A DNA stretch of 64,000 bases from NCBI GenBank assembly GCA_963675665.1, contig OY776510.1, forward strand, positions 384,001 to 448,000. Reading direction: 5' to 3'. Each line of letters starts with the position of its first letter. The first letter of the stretch is position 1. Below are positions 60,406 through 64,000 of this stretch, in pieces. The translations under genes and the position numbers were made by a program. The notes beneath the pieces are model-generated. The model saw only the letters and a list, made by a program, of their open reading frames with translations, did not search any database and was not told where the DNA came from. This DNA is from Spirochaetia bacterium (GTDB lineage: Bacteria > Spirochaetota > Spirochaetia > UBA9216).

Positions 60406-60450
60406 AAGCTCAGAATACACTATTTTGCCCCTTATAAAAAGAAATTCTAA

Positions 60451-61725
60451 CATAGCTGTCCAAAATAAGGACTATTAATAGCCTGAATCCCTGGTTATAA
60501 TGAATTGAGCGGGCAAGCTTAAATCATTACAACGGAAGGAAAACAGGCAATGAGTTATAAGAATAGCATTTTAAATCAGATACTTCAAATCATTCCGAGA
60601 CATGAATTTGAAAGATCTGTCAGAAAGTATAAAGGAGATTTTGCTTCAAAAGGATTCTCCTGTTGGGAACAATTTGTTTCAATGCTGTTTGCCCAATTTA
60701 CAGGACAGACCGGACTTAGAGGCATAGAAACAGCATTGGATTCGATTAAAAACATGCTTTATCATTTGGGGGTAAAAAAGCTTAAACGCTCAACACTTTC
60801 CTATGCAAATAACAACAGACCCTCAGAAATTTATGAAAATGTATTCAATAACCTGCTGACAAAGATCCTTAAAATGAAAAGGTCTCATAAGCATAGATTT
60901 AAAAATCCGCTGTACAGTGTTGATGCGACAACCATCGATTTATGCCTGTCAGTATTTCCATGGGCGAAGTTTAGAAAGAATAAAGGCGGAATCAAACTTA
61001 ATGTAAAACTTGATCACAGCGGATATATTCCGGACTTTGTATCTGTTACAACAGCTCAAACCCATGAGCTTAATTCACTCAAGAAAATGAAATTCAATAA
61101 AGGTGATGTAGTTGCATTCGATCGGGCCTATACAGATTTCAAATTATTTGCAAGTTATTGTATTGCAGGCATTTATTTTATTACTCGTATGAAAAAGAAT
61201 GCAGATTATAAAGTTGTTCAAAGAAATAATGTTTCAAAATATGAAAATATTTCATCAGATCAAATAATTGAAATGCGAGGATACTACACCAGCAAGAAGT
61301 GACCACTCCAATTACGGCGAATTAGAATAAAAGATCCGGAAACAGGAAAATATATTGTAATTCTTACAAATCAGCTTGATTGGGCACCTACAACAGTTGC
61401 TGCTGTCTATAAGGACAGATGGCAGATAGAAATATTCTTCAAAACAATCAAACAGAACCTGAAAATAAAGAAGTTTTTTGGAACGACGAAAAATGCAGTA
61501 ATGACTCAGATCTGGATAGCATTGATAACTCATCTGATGCTGCAATATCTGAAGATGTTATCTTCCGGTGGATGGACTCATTATTCGCTTATGAAATTGC
61601 TTCCATCAATCCTGACGACCAGAAAAGATCTCTGGAATATTCTGAATAAACTACCGCCGCCCGGCAGAAATGAGCCAGGCTTAAAACTTCAAATGGAGCT
61701 GTTATGATTGTTTTGGACAGCTATG
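60451..61725 (+). mobile_element. IS4-family insertion sequence, 1275 bp
   Basis: Perfect 15-bp terminal IRs CATAGCTGTCCAAAA / TTTTGGACAGCTATG; 9-bp target duplication AAATTCTAA (60442-60450, 61726-61734). Confidence 0.95.
60550..61707 (+). pseudogene. IS4 transposase interrupted by one in-frame TGA (61300-61302)
   Basis: VDATTI, FDRAY, and after the TGA, in the same frame, LTN..YKDRWQIEIFFKTIK (YREK motif). Confidence 0.9.
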
Positions 61726-61732
61726 AAATTCT

Positions 61733-61773
61733 AAAAAAAAAGTCCTGCACCGTTAATACCTGTGCAGGACTTT
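61733..61773 (-). terminator. feoB terminator (potentially bidirectional)
   Basis: AAAGTCCTGCAC-N11-GTGCAGGACTTT with A9 tract on the left. Confidence 0.85.
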
Positions 61774-61787
61774 ATTATGTAAAATCC

Positions 61788-64000
61788 TTATTGAAGGGAA
61801 AGACTTTTTGATTTTCTGCCCATTGCCCTGAAACTAAAATATATGGCAAGTGCAAGGATTACGGGAACTACTATCCAGACTACCTGACCTCCCTGAAAAA
61901 TCTGATAGAACAGGGTAGCAACAATCCAGGCGAGAAGGGTCAGGTAAGTAACGAGAAGTGTTCCGTAGGCCCTGCCTGTTTCCTGAACGGCTACACCCAG
62001 GGCGGCAACGCATGGAAAGTAGATCAGAATAAAGAGAAGATAAGCATAGGCGCTTACGGGCGTAAAGTTGTTCCTCAGCCCGGTAAAGACGCTGTCTCCG
62101 GTTTCAAGCTCTTCGCCTGTCACCTCTTCATCTCCGTTAATAATTCCGGCGCCGAAGGGATCGGACAGACCGCCGAAGATGCCGGCAAGGTTTTCTCCGA
62201 GGGTTATAAAAGCTTCGCCGAGAACCGGGCCGAGCCCCCATCCGGAATCATCATCGCTTTCGGCAGCATCTTCCGTAACAGCTTCCTGCGCATACAGAGA
62301 ATTCAACGTTCCGACCACAGCTTCTTTGGCAAAAAGGCCGGTAAACAGACTTACGGTGGCAGGCCAATTCTCCTTTTCAATTCCCATGGGGGTAAAAATC
62401 GGAGTAATAGCTTTTCCTACAACAGATAAAACCGATTCTTCCGAATCTTCATTTCCGAAGGAACCGTCCGTTCCAAGCGAGTTGAAAAACGCCAGAACCA
62501 GCACGACAAGAATGATCACCTTTCCCGCCCTGAAAAGGTAAACTTTAAGTCTCCGCCAGGCGCTTTTTGTTATCTGCCCCAAACGCGGTCGGTGATATTC
62601 GGGCAACTCCATGACAAAAGGAGAGTATTCACCCTTCAGGATACTGCTTTTAAGTAATAGTCCCGTAAGAATTGCCAGCACAATCCCCGCTGCGTAAATC
62701 GAGAATACAACGGCTCCGGAACGTGTTCCAAAAAAAGCGGCTGTGAACAGCGCATAAACAGGCAGACGGGCACCGCAGGACATAAACGGGGACATAAAGA
62801 TGGTCATGAATCTGTCCCGCCTCGATTCCAGAGTCCTGGTCGCCATAATAGCCGGAACAGTACAGCCGAAACCGACAAGCATGGGAACAAACGCCTTGCC
62901 CGGTAGACCGATTGCCCTCATTGCACGGTCCATAACAAAAGCAGCTCTGGACATGTACCCGGAATCTTCAAGAATAGCCAGCATAAAAAACATTACAAAA
63001 ATAATGGGAACAAAAGTCGAAACGGTCTGAATACCTCCGCCAATACCGCCTGCGATTATCGAAGTAAGCCATTCCGGACTTCCGATATTCGACAGCAGAG
63101 TTCCGAGACCGTCGACAAAGATTCCGCCGAAAACAATATCAAACCAGTCTATAAATGCGCCGCCGATGCTCATTGTTACCCAGAAAACAAGGTACATAAC
63201 ACCTATAAAAATTGGAATGCCCCAGATCCTGTGCATAAGAAGTTTATCCGCTCCGCTGGAAGTTTCCGCTTTTTCTTCAGGATGCTTAACACAAGAATCA
63301 CAAACCCCGGTAATCCATGAATAACGATCTTCGGCAACACTCATATCAACGCTTGTTTTCATTGAGGCTTCCAGCTTTTCAATTTGGGCATCTACTTCAA
63401 TACGTTTGATACTCCCCTCTGCAAGCGAAGTTATATATTCATCTTCCTCGAGAAGGTTAACAGCAAGAAATTTTGAATTGATTTTTAATTCTTTGGCAAG
63501 CGCCCCCAGCCTTAAGGCAAGAGTCCCTACCGCCGCTTCGATTTCCGGAGAGTATTCAACTGGATAAACCGAAACCGACGGCAATTTTTCAAGCACACTG
63601 ATTAATTCATTCCTGAAATTATCCAGGCTATCCTTTCTTACTGCAGAAAGCGGAATTACCGGGCAGCCGAGCTTCAGGGAAAGTTTTTCAACATCTATGC
63701 CGAGGCCTTCCTTTTCTGCCGCATCCATCATATTAAGTGCTATAACAACCGGAAGTCCGGCTTCCAGAATCGTTCCGGTCAGATAAAGATTACGTTCAAG
63801 ATTTGCCGCATCAATAATACTGACAACACAATCAACATTACCGCTGATGAGAAAATCACGTGCGACGCGCTCATCTTCAGACTCTGCAGAAAGACTGTAT
63901 ATACCGGGAAGATCAACTACTCTGTAATCCGACTTTTTCGTTTTTAACAGGCCCTGTTTGCGCTCAACAGTTACGCCGGGCCAGTTGCCGACTTTTGCGG
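61788..64000 (-). CDS. feoB: Ferrous iron transporter FeoB (5' end outside window)
   Basis: Frame stays open to the window end: VGNWPGVTVE, DLPGIYSL, NMMD; GFGCTVPA, MSCGARLP, MELPEY, YFPC. Confidence 0.96.
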   Translation of the reverse strand, partial: AKVGNWPGVTVERKQGLLKTKKSDYRVVDLPGIYSLSAESEDERVARDFLISGNVDCVVSIIDAANLERNLYLTGTILEAGLPVVIALNMMDAAEKEGLGIDVEKLSLKLGCPVIPLSAVRKDSLDNFRNELISVLEKLPSVSVYPVEYSPEIEAAVGTLALRLGALAKELKINSKFLAVNLLEEDEYITSLAEGSIKRIEVDAQIEKLEASMKTSVDMSVAEDRYSWITGVCDSCVKHPEEKAETSSGADKLLMHRIWGIPIFIGVMYLVFWVTMSIGGAFIDWFDIVFGGIFVDGLGTLLSNIGSPEWLTSIIAGGIGGGIQTVSTFVPIIFVMFFMLAILEDSGYMSRAAFVMDRAMRAIGLPGKAFVPMLVGFGCTVPAIMATRTLESRRDRFMTIFMSPFMSCGARLPVYALFTAAFFGTRSGAVVFSIYAAGIVLAILTGLLLKSSILKGEYSPFVMELPEYHRPRLGQITKSAWRRLKVYLFRAGKVIILVVLVLAFFNSLGTDGSFGNEDSEESVLSVVGKAITPIFTPMGIEKENWPATVSLFTGLFAKEAVVGTLNSLYAQEAVTEDAAESDDDSGWGLGPVLGEAFITLGENLAGIFGGLSDPFGAGIINGDEEVTGEELETGDSVFTGLRNNFTPVSAYAYLLFILIYFPCVAALGVAVQETGRAYGTLLVTYLTLLAWIVATLFYQIFQGGQVVWIVVPVILALAIYFSFRAMGRKSKSLSLQ

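Overview
Bacterial chromosomal window, most likely from a free-living anaerobic spirochaete (Spirochaetales). This is inferred from 'VFAxGxxE' signal peptides, the long thymidine kinase and the hairpin-repeat type. No rRNA, tRNA or CRISPR array was seen. From left to right it holds: (1) a sugar ABC operon carrying two paralogous unknown proteins, each made of a tandem-duplicated domain, plus a three-hairpin MITE/REPIN-like insert and a divergent Fe-ADH; (2) pflB-pflA under a clear ZTP (pfl) riboswitch; (3) a VapBC-type toxin-antitoxin pair; (4) pyrimidine salvage and housekeeping genes; (5) a GntR-TRAP-uxuAB hexuronate locus; (6) a 16-gene, ~16 kb same-strand cluster joining an amino-acid (Liv) ABC importer and a PLP gamma-lyase, 2-oxoacid:ferredoxin oxidoreductase and RidA to sugar/polyol enzymes under a SorC regulator, a candidate pathway for a sugar-amino acid conjugate; (7) radA, TraB, TPR and an extracytoplasmic thiol-redox module; (8) glutamate dehydrogenase followed by two PPDK-type ATP-grasp proteins (one with GAF-like and nucleotidyltransferase domains) and a metallophosphoesterase, a candidate writer/eraser signalling system; (9) a DtxR regulator, a complete IS4 with one in-frame TGA, and feoB. 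All family calls come from motif recognition; no database search was run.
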